Shown: positions 46,026 to 54,773 of the stretch, in pieces
How the letters are laid out: every line of letters starts with the position of its first letter
How positions within the stretch are numbered: position 1 is the stretch's first letter
IMG/VR virus record: IMGVR_UViG_3300027498_000003
Span: 60,637 to 124,636 of that record
From: a virus
Length of the DNA: 64,000 nucleotides
Direction: 5' to 3' (one strand)
Notes under the pieces: model-generated
Database searches by the model: none
Told to the model about the DNA's origin: nothing
Seen by the model: the letters and a program-made list of their open reading frames with translations, nothing else
Translations under genes and position numbers: made by a program

Positions 46026-46494
46026 TCGATTTGTTTATGTAATCTTTAAATGCGGCAATCCCTGCCTCAGGGTTTTTAGGATGTTGCCTTTTAAAAAACC
46101 TAGACTTTTGATATATCTTAAATTTCCGCAATGTTTCGTAAAATATCCCCTCGCCATGCCACGAGAATCCTGTATTCCCTCCAGCCTCCTCTCTCTCTAT
46201 TATTGGATCTATATAGTCTTTATAAGTGCCCCTGACTAATTTACCCATCTCAGTCATACCTGGCTTAGTCATGTAAACATCTCTATTAAGCTTTGCTCTG
46301 TGGCTAAGCATAAAATGCCCCCAAGGGATGACTATCCTCGGGATCCGTACGTCATGTAGACATTTAGATAATAAAGTCAGGTAATCTGTTAGTATTTCAA
46401 TTCCATCGGATAACGTCATATCCAAGTCATTTTCCTCTATGATATCCTCTATGTGAGGTGTCAAAAACTTCATCATACCGTCCAGTTTAGCCAT
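46003..46494 (-). CDS. IHF/HU-like protein, 163 aa
   Basis: EILTDYLTLL...IPRIVIP.WGHF pattern. Confidence 0.4.
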   Translation of the reverse strand: MAKLDGMMKFLTPHIEDIIEENDLDMTLSDGIEILTDYLTLLSKCLHDVRIPRIVIPWGHFMLSHRAKLNRDVYMTKPGMTEMGKLVRGTYKDYIDPIIEREEAGGNTGFSWHGEGIFYETLRKFKIYQKSRFFKRQHPKNPEAGIAAFKDYINKSSEEKTNG

Positions 46495-46915
46495 CCAGTA
46501 CTACGTTAAATTTGCAAGTAAAAGACGGTATCGATCCGTCTTCTAATTTATCTAATGGTAAATGCTGAAACATCTCTGGGATATCAAATTCCTTCTTCTT
46601 TTTATCAAATGTAATCCAATCACTATCCCTAAGCTTAGCCAAATACATATTTATATCTGAACTAGCGTTAAACCTCATTGATTGCATTATATAAGACACC
46701 GCTCTCTTGTCTCTATACTTCGTAACCCCTTTATTATATAATATTACTAATAATATAAGAAATTTCTTAACAGAATCTGGGGGTATCGGGATGCGGTATG
46801 TTGTAGAATAGAAATCTATTATAATCCCTACATAAGTATATATATTTTTAGTATTAAATTCTTCCCTGCCCAACGACACATTACTTCCTTCCACACTAAA
46901 CTTAGGCGAGCTCAA
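46487..46915 (-). CDS. Hypothetical protein, possible winged-helix DNA-binding, 142 aa
   Basis: INMYLAKLRDSDWI resembles an HTH recognition helix plus wing; first gene of the late operon. Confidence 0.35.
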   Translation of the reverse strand: MSSPKFSVEGSNVSLGREEFNTKNIYTYVGIIIDFYSTTYRIPIPPDSVKKFLILLVILYNKGVTKYRDKRAVSYIMQSMRFNASSDINMYLAKLRDSDWITFDKKKKEFDIPEMFQHLPLDKLEDGSIPSFTCKFNVVLDG

Positions 46916-46978
46916 ACTCTTAATTTAATATAATAAATATTATCTTTACAGAGCAAAAGTAATATAAAATATAATATA

Positions 46979-47878
46979 ATGAAAGACCCTACTGTTATTT
47001 TCGAAGAAGATACTCATAGTTACTGGCATGGGTCAGGCCTTTTGGGATCTGATACCCGTACAAAGATGGTATCCGGAACTACTTTTATAGGGCAGTTCAC
47101 TGAGCCTTTCAATAGAGCTGAGATCATAGCTAGATGCGCTATGGCGGAGATAGTAGGCCCTCAGTTTTGGTCTATGTTCTTTGCTAATGAAGATGTTATG
47201 GCTACCGAAGATGAGCTATTGGACTTCTTCCACTATAAAATAAGTGAGGATCATTATCTGGAGAGAAAGATTACAATAAGGGAGGAGTGGGATTTGGGTA
47301 ATAGAAGAGGTACGGCGCTTCACCAGGAAATAGAAGAGGATCTGTATGCTGCGGGATTCGCTAAGCATCCATTTATGGATATAGAGGTCCCTGTAGTTAA
47401 GTTTCCCAAAAATTACGATAATCAGAGTATTGTTAAAGACTTATCCTCTTTAGAAGACGGAGCTTACCCAGAGCTGGTGGTATGGCATGACGACGCATTG
47501 CTGGCTGGCCAGGCTGATTTCCCTATTATATACACCGATCCTAAAACAGAAGAAAGGTGCGTAATCATAATAGATTTTAAAACAAATGGTGGTTATAACC
47601 CTAATAAAGGATTAAAAAAGCGGGAAGAGCTTACAAAGCCTACCTACGCCAAAACATTCATGAAGGATCCGATATCCCATCTATATGACTGTACTTACTC
47701 CAAATATCAGCTGCAGTTATCTCTGTATGGGCATCTACTTGAGTTGCATGGATTCAAGCCGCAGCCGCCGGTAGTAAAACACTTCCTAAACTACGATAAA
47801 GAAGACTTTGAATACATCAAATACCCTTATATTGGTAAAGAGTGCGAATCTATCGTCGCTACTCTTCTTGAGGATTAA
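46979..47878 (+). CDS. PD-(D/E)XK superfamily (Cas4/RecB-like) exonuclease, 299 aa
   Basis: VSGTTFI, RGTALH, LAGQAD, IIDFKTN and YQLQLSLY motifs. Confidence 0.8.
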   Translation: MKDPTVIFEEDTHSYWHGSGLLGSDTRTKMVSGTTFIGQFTEPFNRAEIIARCAMAEIVGPQFWSMFFANEDVMATEDELLDFFHYKISEDHYLERKITIREEWDLGNRRGTALHQEIEEDLYAAGFAKHPFMDIEVPVVKFPKNYDNQSIVKDLSSLEDGAYPELVVWHDDALLAGQADFPIIYTDPKTEERCVIIIDFKTNGGYNPNKGLKKREELTKPTYAKTFMKDPISHLYDCTYSKYQLQLSLYGHLLELHGFKPQPPVVKHFLNYDKEDFEYIKYPYIGKECESIVATLLED

Positions 47879-48105
47879 CCAAATGCTTCCCTTGCTTCGT
47901 CTTCATTGGGGAAGAGTTCACATCCCCAAGTACTGAAGTGCGTACCCCTATCGTCTATGAGGTACCCTTTATGTCGGTTTTCAATGTATTCTAATACTGC
48001 ATCTCTAAACGTAATGCCATACCCTATTCCCAATTTAGATGCCTTGGCTGAATTGCCAGTCACAACGTAACCCTGCATCCATATATCCCACTCTTTCATA
48101 TTCAT
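47875..48105 (-). CDS. Hypothetical protein, 76 aa
   Basis: Compact ORF whose ATG forms the predicted IS target motif TTCAT. Confidence 0.65.
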   Translation of the reverse strand: MNMKEWDIWMQGYVVTGNSAKASKLGIGYGITFRDAVLEYIENRHKGYLIDDRGTHFSTWGCELFPNEDEAREAFG

Positions 48106-48148
48106 AGTTTCTATTTAAGGATACCAACTCCTTTAGGTGTTGGAGGAA

Positions 48149-48520
48149 TTAACTTCGCTTTTGGTTTTGGATATACCTTTGAACAGTTTGTTCAGAGGCA
48201 TGCCCAATAGTCCCTGCATAATAACTCTTAGTCCAAAGAGTAGGTATCCGTGTTGTTAAATGTTTAAATTCTTTTCTTAAAATACTACTTGTATACCCTT
48301 TTACTTGGTTTGCAATAAACTTAACAGGTGTTGAACTATCTGCCTTGACAAACAGATGTACATGATTGTCCATTATTTCTAACTCTATGATTTCCCAATC
48401 TCTTTGCTTGCATTTCTCAATTATCAAGTCTTTTAACCGTTCTTGTACTACCTGTGTCAGGACATTTCGTCTATACTTAGTACACCAAACTATATGATAT
48501 TGTAACTTTCCTGTGTGCAT
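48149..48520 (-). CDS. tnpA: IS200/IS605 Y1 (HUH) transposase
   Basis: YHIVWCTKYRR, HUH motif HVHLF, LWTKSYY and catalytic-helix YIQNQ. Confidence 0.95.
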   Translation of the reverse strand: MHTGKLQYHIVWCTKYRRNVLTQVVQERLKDLIIEKCKQRDWEIIELEIMDNHVHLFVKADSSTPVKFIANQVKGYTSSILRKEFKHLTTRIPTLWTKSYYAGTIGHASEQTVQRYIQNQKRS

Positions 48521-48569
48521 AGGAACTATTTATGGGTTAACAAGTGTTATATGGTAGTATATCTGTATA

Positions 48570-49676
48570 ATGGTAACAAAAGTTCACAAAACATATCAAT
48601 TTAAACTGAAACCAAACAAAACTCAAGCAAATATATTCCATCAATGGCTTGGGACTTGTAGGTATCTTTATAACTCGGCCTTAGAGCACCGAATATCTTA
48701 CTTCAAAGATACTGGTGAAGGCGTGTCCAAGTATGACCAATATAACGAGCTGCCTCAAATAAAAAGAGAACTTCCATTCGTAGCCAAGGTTTATTCCGAT
48801 GTTCTTCAAGAAGTCTTAGATAGAATAGATAAGTCATACAAGTTATTTTTCAAAGGTGGCGGATTTCCTAAATTCAAAAATAAATATAGTTACAACTCCT
48901 TCACTTACAAAAGAAACTACAAAATAAATGAAAATAAAGTCAAACTACCTAAGATTGGGTGGGTTAAGTTCTTTAACTCAAGACCAATAAAAGGTAAACC
49001 CAAAACAGCAACATTAATATTCAAAAATAATAGTTGGTTTATATCAATTGTATGTGAGCAAGAGATACAATCTAAACCTATTGACGATAGCCAAGCAGTC
49101 GGAATAGATGTAGGTATTGCTAAGTTTGCATATTTGTCTGATGGATCTTTTATAGAGTCTCCTTATTTTTTAGAGCCTAATTTGGGGAAGTTAAGGCTTC
49201 TGCAAAGAAAGTTATCTAGGCAAAAGAAAGGTTCTAACTCTATAGAGAAAACTAAAAGACAAATTTCAAAACTACACAACAAGATAAAGAACCAACGAAA
49301 GGACTTTCTACACAAGGTATCCACTAACATTGAGCAGTTTTATTCTTCTTGTTATGTTGAGGATTTGAAGATTAGTAATATGACTAAACTTAACTCCACC
49401 CTTTCAAGAAGGATGTTAGATAATGGTTTTTACTCATTTAGGCTTATGCTTGAGTATAAGTTTAAACACAATAGTAAACATTTTCTATCAGTCAACCCAG
49501 CCTACACTTCTCAAATGTGCTCAAGTTGCGGCGCTGTGGATAAGAAATCTAGACTTTCCCAAAGCGAATACCTTTGTACTAACTGCGGATTTGTGGATAA
49601 TAGTGATCTGAATGCTGCAAAAAATATAAGAGCTAAGGGCATTAGCTTTGGAACAAAACGTAAGGTGTTAGCCTAA
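48570..49676 (+). CDS. tnpB: RNA-guided endonuclease TnpB, 368 aa, catalytic triad intact
   Basis: N-terminal KTYQFKLKPN; RuvC-I VGIDVGI, RuvC-II YVEDL, zinc finger CSSC...CTNC, RuvC-III DLNAAKNI. Confidence 0.95.
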   Translation: MVTKVHKTYQFKLKPNKTQANIFHQWLGTCRYLYNSALEHRISYFKDTGEGVSKYDQYNELPQIKRELPFVAKVYSDVLQEVLDRIDKSYKLFFKGGGFPKFKNKYSYNSFTYKRNYKINENKVKLPKIGWVKFFNSRPIKGKPKTATLIFKNNSWFISIVCEQEIQSKPIDDSQAVGIDVGIAKFAYLSDGSFIESPYFLEPNLGKLRLLQRKLSRQKKGSNSIEKTKRQISKLHNKIKNQRKDFLHKVSTNIEQFYSSCYVEDLKISNMTKLNSTLSRRMLDNGFYSFRLMLEYKFKHNSKHFLSVNPAYTSQMCSSCGAVDKKSRLSQSEYLCTNCGFVDNSDLNAAKNIRAKGISFGTKRKVLA

Positions 49677-49741
49677 GCGTGTCCCTAGAATCCACCTTGC
49701 TTTAGCTGGTGGAGTTGTCAATCTTCTTCATTTATGAATCC
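49560..49741 (+). ncRNA. Predicted TnpB omega/reRNA (scaffold overlapping the tnpB 3' end and right end, plus ~20-nt flank-derived guide 49722-49741)
   Basis: Established TnpB architecture applied to the right end seen here; the 5' boundary is approximate. Confidence 0.6.
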
Positions 49742-49903
49742 TTTAGATAATTGCGCTTCGAGGTGAGCGACGCGCTTCTGCTTCATAACCATGGGCACCT
49801 GCCTGCGGACGAAGTGCCGCCCTGCCTCGCGGCGGAGCACCCGCGTTTCAGATTCGGTAACCTCCGCGTGGGTTACCCTGTTTCCTTTTTCGTAGTATTT
49901 CAT
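49718..49903 (-). CDS. Hypothetical protein, 61 aa; its stop codon is supplied by the IS right end
   Basis: TGA is the reverse complement of the tca in the terminal TCAA. Confidence 0.5.
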   Translation of the reverse strand: MKYYEKGNRVTHAEVTESETRVLRREAGRHFVRRQVPMVMKQKRVAHLEAQLSKGFINEED

Positions 49904-50365
49904 TTTCTAGCTATTTTTCCTAGATTTTCTCTAGACCAAATTTAGGGATTTTCGGTCCCAAAGCCGAAAAAATCCCGGAGGAATTTGGTATCTTTTTTAC
50001 CCAAAGAACCTTATGTTCTCCGGTGTAAAAAGCTAATTTCTATATATACCGGGGTTCCCGATACGTAGGTAGGGGGTAAAAAAGGGTTACCCTATTTACC
50101 CGAAATAACCATTTAGGTATAAATGGATAAATGCTGGGCATTTGTTTGTTTATTGTATTCGAAAGTGTCGCCTTCTTTTAAGAGGCGGCGCCGAGGATAC
50201 TTGATTGTAATTAATTTGGTAATTGAAAATTAACGAATTGAATACCAATTCAACTTGGTGGTGAAGCTACCGATTTAATTTTGAAATCCGTATGTATTAA
50301 CATAATTTTAACTTATTACAATTTATTATATATTTAGAGGATACTTTGTTTATATAAGTATTTGC

Positions 50366-50373
50366 TATATTAG
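50366..50373 (+). promoter_or_regulatory. Putative -7 promoter element TA(T/C)ATTAG, also at 54762, 57377, 60081 and 62977, with a variant at 61911
   Basis: Recurs in AT-rich intergenic gaps a few to ~26 nt upstream of start codons; one mismatch from the Bacteroidota TAnnTTTG element. Confidence 0.55.
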
Positions 50374-50382
50374 CCTTCAGTA

Positions 50383-50868
50383 ATGGGTAGAAAGATAGTA
50401 ACAGAGTTAGACATCTATACAGATGCATCTACTGAAGGTAGTAAGTCGAAGAACGGAGGGGTGGCATTCGTAGTTTGCCGGGACGGGGCTCCTATCTGTA
50501 TGGAGAGTATGTATATGGCTGGGGGAGATAATAGTAGATTAGAGCTTTCTGCAGCCTGCGCGGCTATAAAGTGGTGTACTGACCAGGGATACCTAATCAA
50601 TAAGAGAAAAAGAATAAAGAAACTAAACATCTATTCAGATGCTAAGTATGTAACTAACTCTATTAGATATGTAGAAACTTGGAAAAAAGACGGCACATGG
50701 GATGGCCGGCCGAATAAAGATTTACTAGAATATATCTATAAGTGGTCTAAATTTATTAAGTTTACGTGGGTTCGCGGGCACAGAGGTAATAAATACAACG
50801 AAGTGGCAGACTTTATGGCCAGAACTACACGTAAAACAAAAGAAAATTTTATTATAAATGATGGATAG
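50383..50868 (+). CDS. rnhA: Ribonuclease HI
   Basis: IYTDAS, ELSAACAAI, IYSDAKYV and FTWVRGHRGNKYNEVADFMA: all catalytic positions present. Confidence 0.92.
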   Translation: MGRKIVTELDIYTDASTEGSKSKNGGVAFVVCRDGAPICMESMYMAGGDNSRLELSAACAAIKWCTDQGYLINKRKRIKKLNIYSDAKYVTNSIRYVETWKKDGTWDGRPNKDLLEYIYKWSKFIKFTWVRGHRGNKYNEVADFMARTTRKTKENFIINDG

Positions 50869-51175
50869 TATAGTTTTTATAGATGTAAAGTATCTCATAA
50901 TTTTAGGGATAATAGCCTTAGCAGTTTTATGGTTTGTATTTATGTACTTCATATACGCACCCATTAAAGCCTACATATTTGGGTATAAAGTATATCAGTA
51001 TAGAAATCATCACACTAACTTTTATTCTAAATATAATAAATCTAAGGTCATGTGGCATAAAACGGACGAAGAGGCTCTCAAACATATGAGTAGCACTTTT
51101 TATCACATGGATATTGTCTACCCTAATAAACATGCTAAAAAGATTTCTTATAAACCAAACGGCCCGTGGAAATGA
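50858..51175 (+). CDS. Membrane-anchored hypothetical protein, 105 aa
   Basis: N-terminal TM segment LIILGIIALAVLWFVFMYFI. Confidence 0.55.
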   Translation: MMDSIVFIDVKYLIILGIIALAVLWFVFMYFIYAPIKAYIFGYKVYQYRNHHTNFYSKYNKSKVMWHKTDEEALKHMSSTFYHMDIVYPNKHAKKISYKPNGPWK

Positions 51176-51441
51176 CACTATTTGAGAGATATGAAGATTA
51201 TCTAACAGATAATAACTGGAAAGATAAAGTAGGCGGATCGGATTGGGATACGTATACTTATATAGGTAAAGATGGTGCTTATGAGTACTTCTTAACTGTT
51301 GTAGATAGAGCAGATAAAGTATTGATTGTTAAAAAGATGCATAACTCAGAGATATTTTATAAAATAGAAACATCTGATCCTCCTGAGATAGTTATAGGAG
51401 AGCTTTTGAAATGGGAAGTTGATAAAGGGGCGGAGATATGA
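51166..51441 (+). CDS. Hypothetical protein, 91 aa
   Basis: Overlapping operon packing. Confidence 0.55.
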   Translation: MEMTLFERYEDYLTDNNWKDKVGGSDWDTYTYIGKDGAYEYFLTVVDRADKVLIVKKMHNSEIFYKIETSDPPEIVIGELLKWEVDKGAEI

Positions 51442-51494
51442 CTGAGGTGTTAATTGCAGATTATTGGGAACATTTTAAAAAACCTGTAGAGTAA

Positions 51495-52028
51495 ATGAGA
51501 GAAGTTGAATGTTTTGTTGGAATAGATCCTGGTAAAAGTCCAGGGTTATGCCTTATAGACATAAGAGGAGATATAATTAGTACTAAGCTTTTGAAAGATA
51601 AGAAAGGGGAGATGCGTCATCTTGAGCTTTTTGAATGGGTAAAATTAAGTTCTTATGGCGCCAAAGCAGCCATGGAGCTGCCTCACAGTGTATTCAGCGC
51701 CTCTTCTAAGTCCAATTTTCAGTTTGGGCTATCCGTCGGCGCATGCAAACAAAGCTTAATATCCACGTTTCCCAAGGGGAGAGTTAAATTCCCACAACCT
51801 AAAGAGTGGCAAAAACTAATCCTTATAGATAATGACATTGTTATTAAGAAAGGCAAGAAGGACACAAAGAGTACCGCATTTGCTGCCGCGAAACGGATAT
51901 TAGGCAATAGATGGGATTATAGTGTATTTTTACCTACAGAAAGGAGCAGTGTGGCTAATCATAATTTAATAGACGCCTATCTCATAGCAGAATACTGCCG
52001 AATTACTCATATAAATTTACCATTATGA
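51495..52028 (+). CDS. RuvC-like Holliday junction resolvase
   Basis: VGIDPGKS.GL, AMEL, FQFG...G, P.EWQK and NLIDAYLIAEY. Confidence 0.85.
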   Translation: MREVECFVGIDPGKSPGLCLIDIRGDIISTKLLKDKKGEMRHLELFEWVKLSSYGAKAAMELPHSVFSASSKSNFQFGLSVGACKQSLISTFPKGRVKFPQPKEWQKLILIDNDIVIKKGKKDTKSTAFAAAKRILGNRWDYSVFLPTERSSVANHNLIDAYLIAEYCRITHINLPL

Positions 52029-52828
52029 CAAAGCAATTTTTATTCGGATTTTTAGTAGCCTCATTATTGTCAGCGGGATATGTAGCGCTGAAGTACATAA
52101 GTGACGAGGAAATGGCTGTTGATATTGATCAGGTATTTAAGCCGTGCACCATTTTGACGGTGCCTAACGCTGTATCTGATACTATCCCTCAGTACTCGCA
52201 TATTAAAGGGAAGATGTTACCTCCAGGCACATATACCTACGCGACTCGGAACAGTACGGGGCGTAATAAACTTTGGATAGATTTAGGGTTTGATATCTAT
52301 GAGTTAATTACAGATAGTCTTCATTTCGAAAGGATAGATGTTTGGGAAGATGCTGATATTAAGATCGCGGCCAATGATGCCGGCGGATCTCGAGCATACA
52401 CGGGCACTGATATCTTCTTAATCGATGCATATGATCCACAGCAACCTACCATGTGGTTAGGGAAACCAATATACCATGCTTACGACCTATATGTACTTAT
52501 ACATGAGCTCGGTCATAATTTAGGCCTTGCCCACGAGCATCCTAACCCTAAAAATGGAATAAAATGGAGACGAAAGCTGATGTACGATGAAGTATTCTCC
52601 AAGTCTCCATACAATTGGACCTGGGAGCGAGCTAATGTCTGGTTTGATGGATTTGATCCTGAAAAATATGAACTATCCGAATTTGACGCGGAAAGTGCTT
52701 GGTTATACTATTACCCATGCAAATACACATTGGATAGTATAGGATGCGGAAAAATAAATTACTTCTTCTCTCGAGGAGACATAAAAGGGCTCCAGTCCGA
52801 TTATGGTAACCCTTTTAAAGATAACTAA
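52025..52828 (+). CDS. Membrane-anchored or secreted zinc metallopeptidase (metzincin, astacin/myroilysin-like)
   Basis: HELGHNLGLAHEH (HExxHxxGxxH) followed by PNP..GIKW; N-terminal hydrophobic anchor. Confidence 0.85.
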   Translation: MTKQFLFGFLVASLLSAGYVALKYISDEEMAVDIDQVFKPCTILTVPNAVSDTIPQYSHIKGKMLPPGTYTYATRNSTGRNKLWIDLGFDIYELITDSLHFERIDVWEDADIKIAANDAGGSRAYTGTDIFLIDAYDPQQPTMWLGKPIYHAYDLYVLIHELGHNLGLAHEHPNPKNGIKWRRKLMYDEVFSKSPYNWTWERANVWFDGFDPEKYELSEFDAESAWLYYYPCKYTLDSIGCGKINYFFSRGDIKGLQSDYGNPFKDN

Positions 52829-52831
52829 ATA

Positions 52832-53884
52832 ATGAAAAAAGACTTTATAGATGGAGAGATAAGCAAATTAGATACTATTATATCGGAGCTCGATATAACT
52901 GAGAGCTTGGAGCTGTATACTCATTTAGTTGATTTGAGATCAAAGTTCACAAGTCAAAGACTGTTAGAATCCACCAAAGATCCAGTAGCTGTGCGAGAAG
53001 ACTTTGCTCCTATTAAAAACAGCATAGAAGAAGCTGATTGGTGGGACGAAGTAAATAGAGCCGTGGGCCTTAGTTTGGATAAAGATAAAGTGTCACACAC
53101 AGCGGAAGATTTCGATAAAGAGGTGGATCTATCCAATATGAGATCAATTGTATTTCGAAATTATGGGTTAACACCAGATGCGGATATTGGCCCTTTTATT
53201 ACAAAAAATATAGGTGAAGATTCTTTTGGGTATGAACTAGAAGAAGATTCTATATTAGGATACAAAGGTGAGGTAATTTTTTTCGATATAACTGATGAGT
53301 ATAAAAATAAGCTGAAAATAACGACTGAATCTGCACGTAGAATAAGGGCAGAGTTGGGGAAGAGGGAGTTCAAAGAATCAAATGATATAGACTCTGATAA
53401 GTTAGATAATTTATTTGATACTGCCTGTAAAACGTTGGAAGAGAAGATGAGTTGGGATAAGCTGTATCAGTCTAGGGAAGAGGCAATTAGAGGAACCAGT
53501 GGGGAATTACCAGGGCTGCTACAGATGGAATTAAATAAAAACTTAGATAAATTGCCTGAATGGTATAACTATGATCCGTTGCCCTATTTTCTCGAGCTTA
53601 AAAAGTCGAACATACATGGGTACGGTGTATTTGCCAAAACTGATATTTCTTTAATTTTACATACAAAATATATAACTCATATAGTTACCACGCATGGGGT
53701 TTTGAGGACGCCCTTAGGTGGATATATAAACCACTCTGCCACTCCAAACTGTGAGTTTAGTAAGTATGGAGATATTTTTTATTTAAGGCTTATAGATAAG
53801 GAACGTATAAAAAAAGGAGATGAAATAACCGTAAACTATCATGATCAAGAGGATATTTGTAAACCAGACAATGAATGCACATGA
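52832..53884 (+). CDS. Fusion protein: acidic N-terminal region plus C-terminal SET (lysine methyltransferase) domain, 350 aa
   Basis: KSNIHGYGVFA, GGYINHS..PNC and IKKGDEITVNY motifs. Confidence 0.85.
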   Translation: MKKDFIDGEISKLDTIISELDITESLELYTHLVDLRSKFTSQRLLESTKDPVAVREDFAPIKNSIEEADWWDEVNRAVGLSLDKDKVSHTAEDFDKEVDLSNMRSIVFRNYGLTPDADIGPFITKNIGEDSFGYELEEDSILGYKGEVIFFDITDEYKNKLKITTESARRIRAELGKREFKESNDIDSDKLDNLFDTACKTLEEKMSWDKLYQSREEAIRGTSGELPGLLQMELNKNLDKLPEWYNYDPLPYFLELKKSNIHGYGVFAKTDISLILHTKYITHIVTTHGVLRTPLGGYINHSATPNCEFSKYGDIFYLRLIDKERIKKGDEITVNYHDQEDICKPDNECT

Positions 53885-54138
53885 ATGTAGTAAGATCCAT
53901 AGAAGAGTTAGAAGCCTGGTTCTTAGACGGGCTTTCCGTGTTCGGCAAGGGCCACAAGATAAGGTACTCTGTAGACTCAGAAACGCAATCCTTTATACTT
54001 AGATTGCCCAGCACCGGAATGAAACACGTGGTATTCAACAAACAACAGTTGGAGACCATACCTATTGAGAAAATAAAGAAAAACATAATAACCATTGTCC
54101 AGGAAGAAATATGTACCTCTTCAGAAGAGATTAGCTGA
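53875..54138 (+). CDS. Hypothetical protein, 87 aa
   Basis: Operon packing. Confidence 0.55.
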   Translation: MHMNVVRSIEELEAWFLDGLSVFGKGHKIRYSVDSETQSFILRLPSTGMKHVVFNKQQLETIPIEKIKKNIITIVQEEICTSSEEIS

Positions 54139-54751
54139 GGATGCGACTAAGGTAGAGGACCATTCGGAGCAATCCATACAGGTACTCTTATACGAATGGG
54201 CAGATAAGAAGTCTGGGGTTAAGTATACTTTATCTTCTGTGTACATATACAATTTTGATAAATTTAGATGGGAGACAGACTTTTTTATATGCACAAACTC
54301 CTTTCATTCTCATGAATATGAGATTAAGATACACAGATCAGACTTTCGCCGCGATAAGCAAAAAGTCAAAAAGCATAACTTTATAAGTAGTGTTTACAAT
54401 AAGGAAGACATTACTATAGATTACTTTATTCCCAATAGATTCTCCTACGTGTGCCCCCAAGGTGTGATACCGATCGATGAAGTACCCGAATACGCGGGGC
54501 TGATAGAGATACTGGATTTGGGTAAAATAAAGATCGTAAAGAAGGCGCCGCTGATTATAGACAAGCCATCTATGAAGCTCACAGCGCATATGGCGGATAG
54601 GTTTTATAAGAAGTCTAGAAGAGATGAAATGAATTACATCGCCTTTATTGAAAGCTTTAGAAATATCCAATCATCTAAGATATCCGGCAACGAAAAGAAC
54701 ATTGCTTTAGAAGAAATGATAAAAAAGTATAGGAAAAATAAAAGAATATAG
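54095..54751 (+). CDS. MmcB-like PD-(D/E)XK nuclease-fold protein, 218 aa
   Basis: WETDF, EYEIKI.RSDF..D..K, PNRFSYVCP.G.I..DEVPEYAGLI and KKAP motifs. Confidence 0.7.
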   Translation: MSRKKYVPLQKRLAEDATKVEDHSEQSIQVLLYEWADKKSGVKYTLSSVYIYNFDKFRWETDFFICTNSFHSHEYEIKIHRSDFRRDKQKVKKHNFISSVYNKEDITIDYFIPNRFSYVCPQGVIPIDEVPEYAGLIEILDLGKIKIVKKAPLIIDKPSMKLTAHMADRFYKKSRRDEMNYIAFIESFRNIQSSKISGNEKNIALEEMIKKYRKNKRI

Positions 54752-54773
54752 AATTATTTATTACATTAGCATA

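Larger units (their letters stand above)
48106..49721. mobile_element. IS200/IS605-family element with divergent tnpA and tnpB
   Basis: Left end: TTCAT, then GATA followed by hairpin CCAACTCC-TTTA-GGTGTTGG (48124-48143). Right end: GAAT followed by hairpin CCACC..GC-TTTA-GC.GGTGG (49692-49712) and terminal TCAA (49718-49721). No TSD or TIR. Confidence 0.9.

Noticed and set aside
46979-47878. Cas4 as part of a CRISPR adaptation module
   Set aside because: No four-Cys Fe-S motif, no cas1/cas2 and no array; solo PD-(D/E)XK nucleases are common in these phages.
48114-48118. TTTAA as the IS target motif
   Set aside because: It is a known IS605 target and gives a tidy empty site, but it leaves no room for a guide-plus-hairpin spacing and does not pair with GATA. 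TTCAT is preferred, though TTTAA is not excluded.
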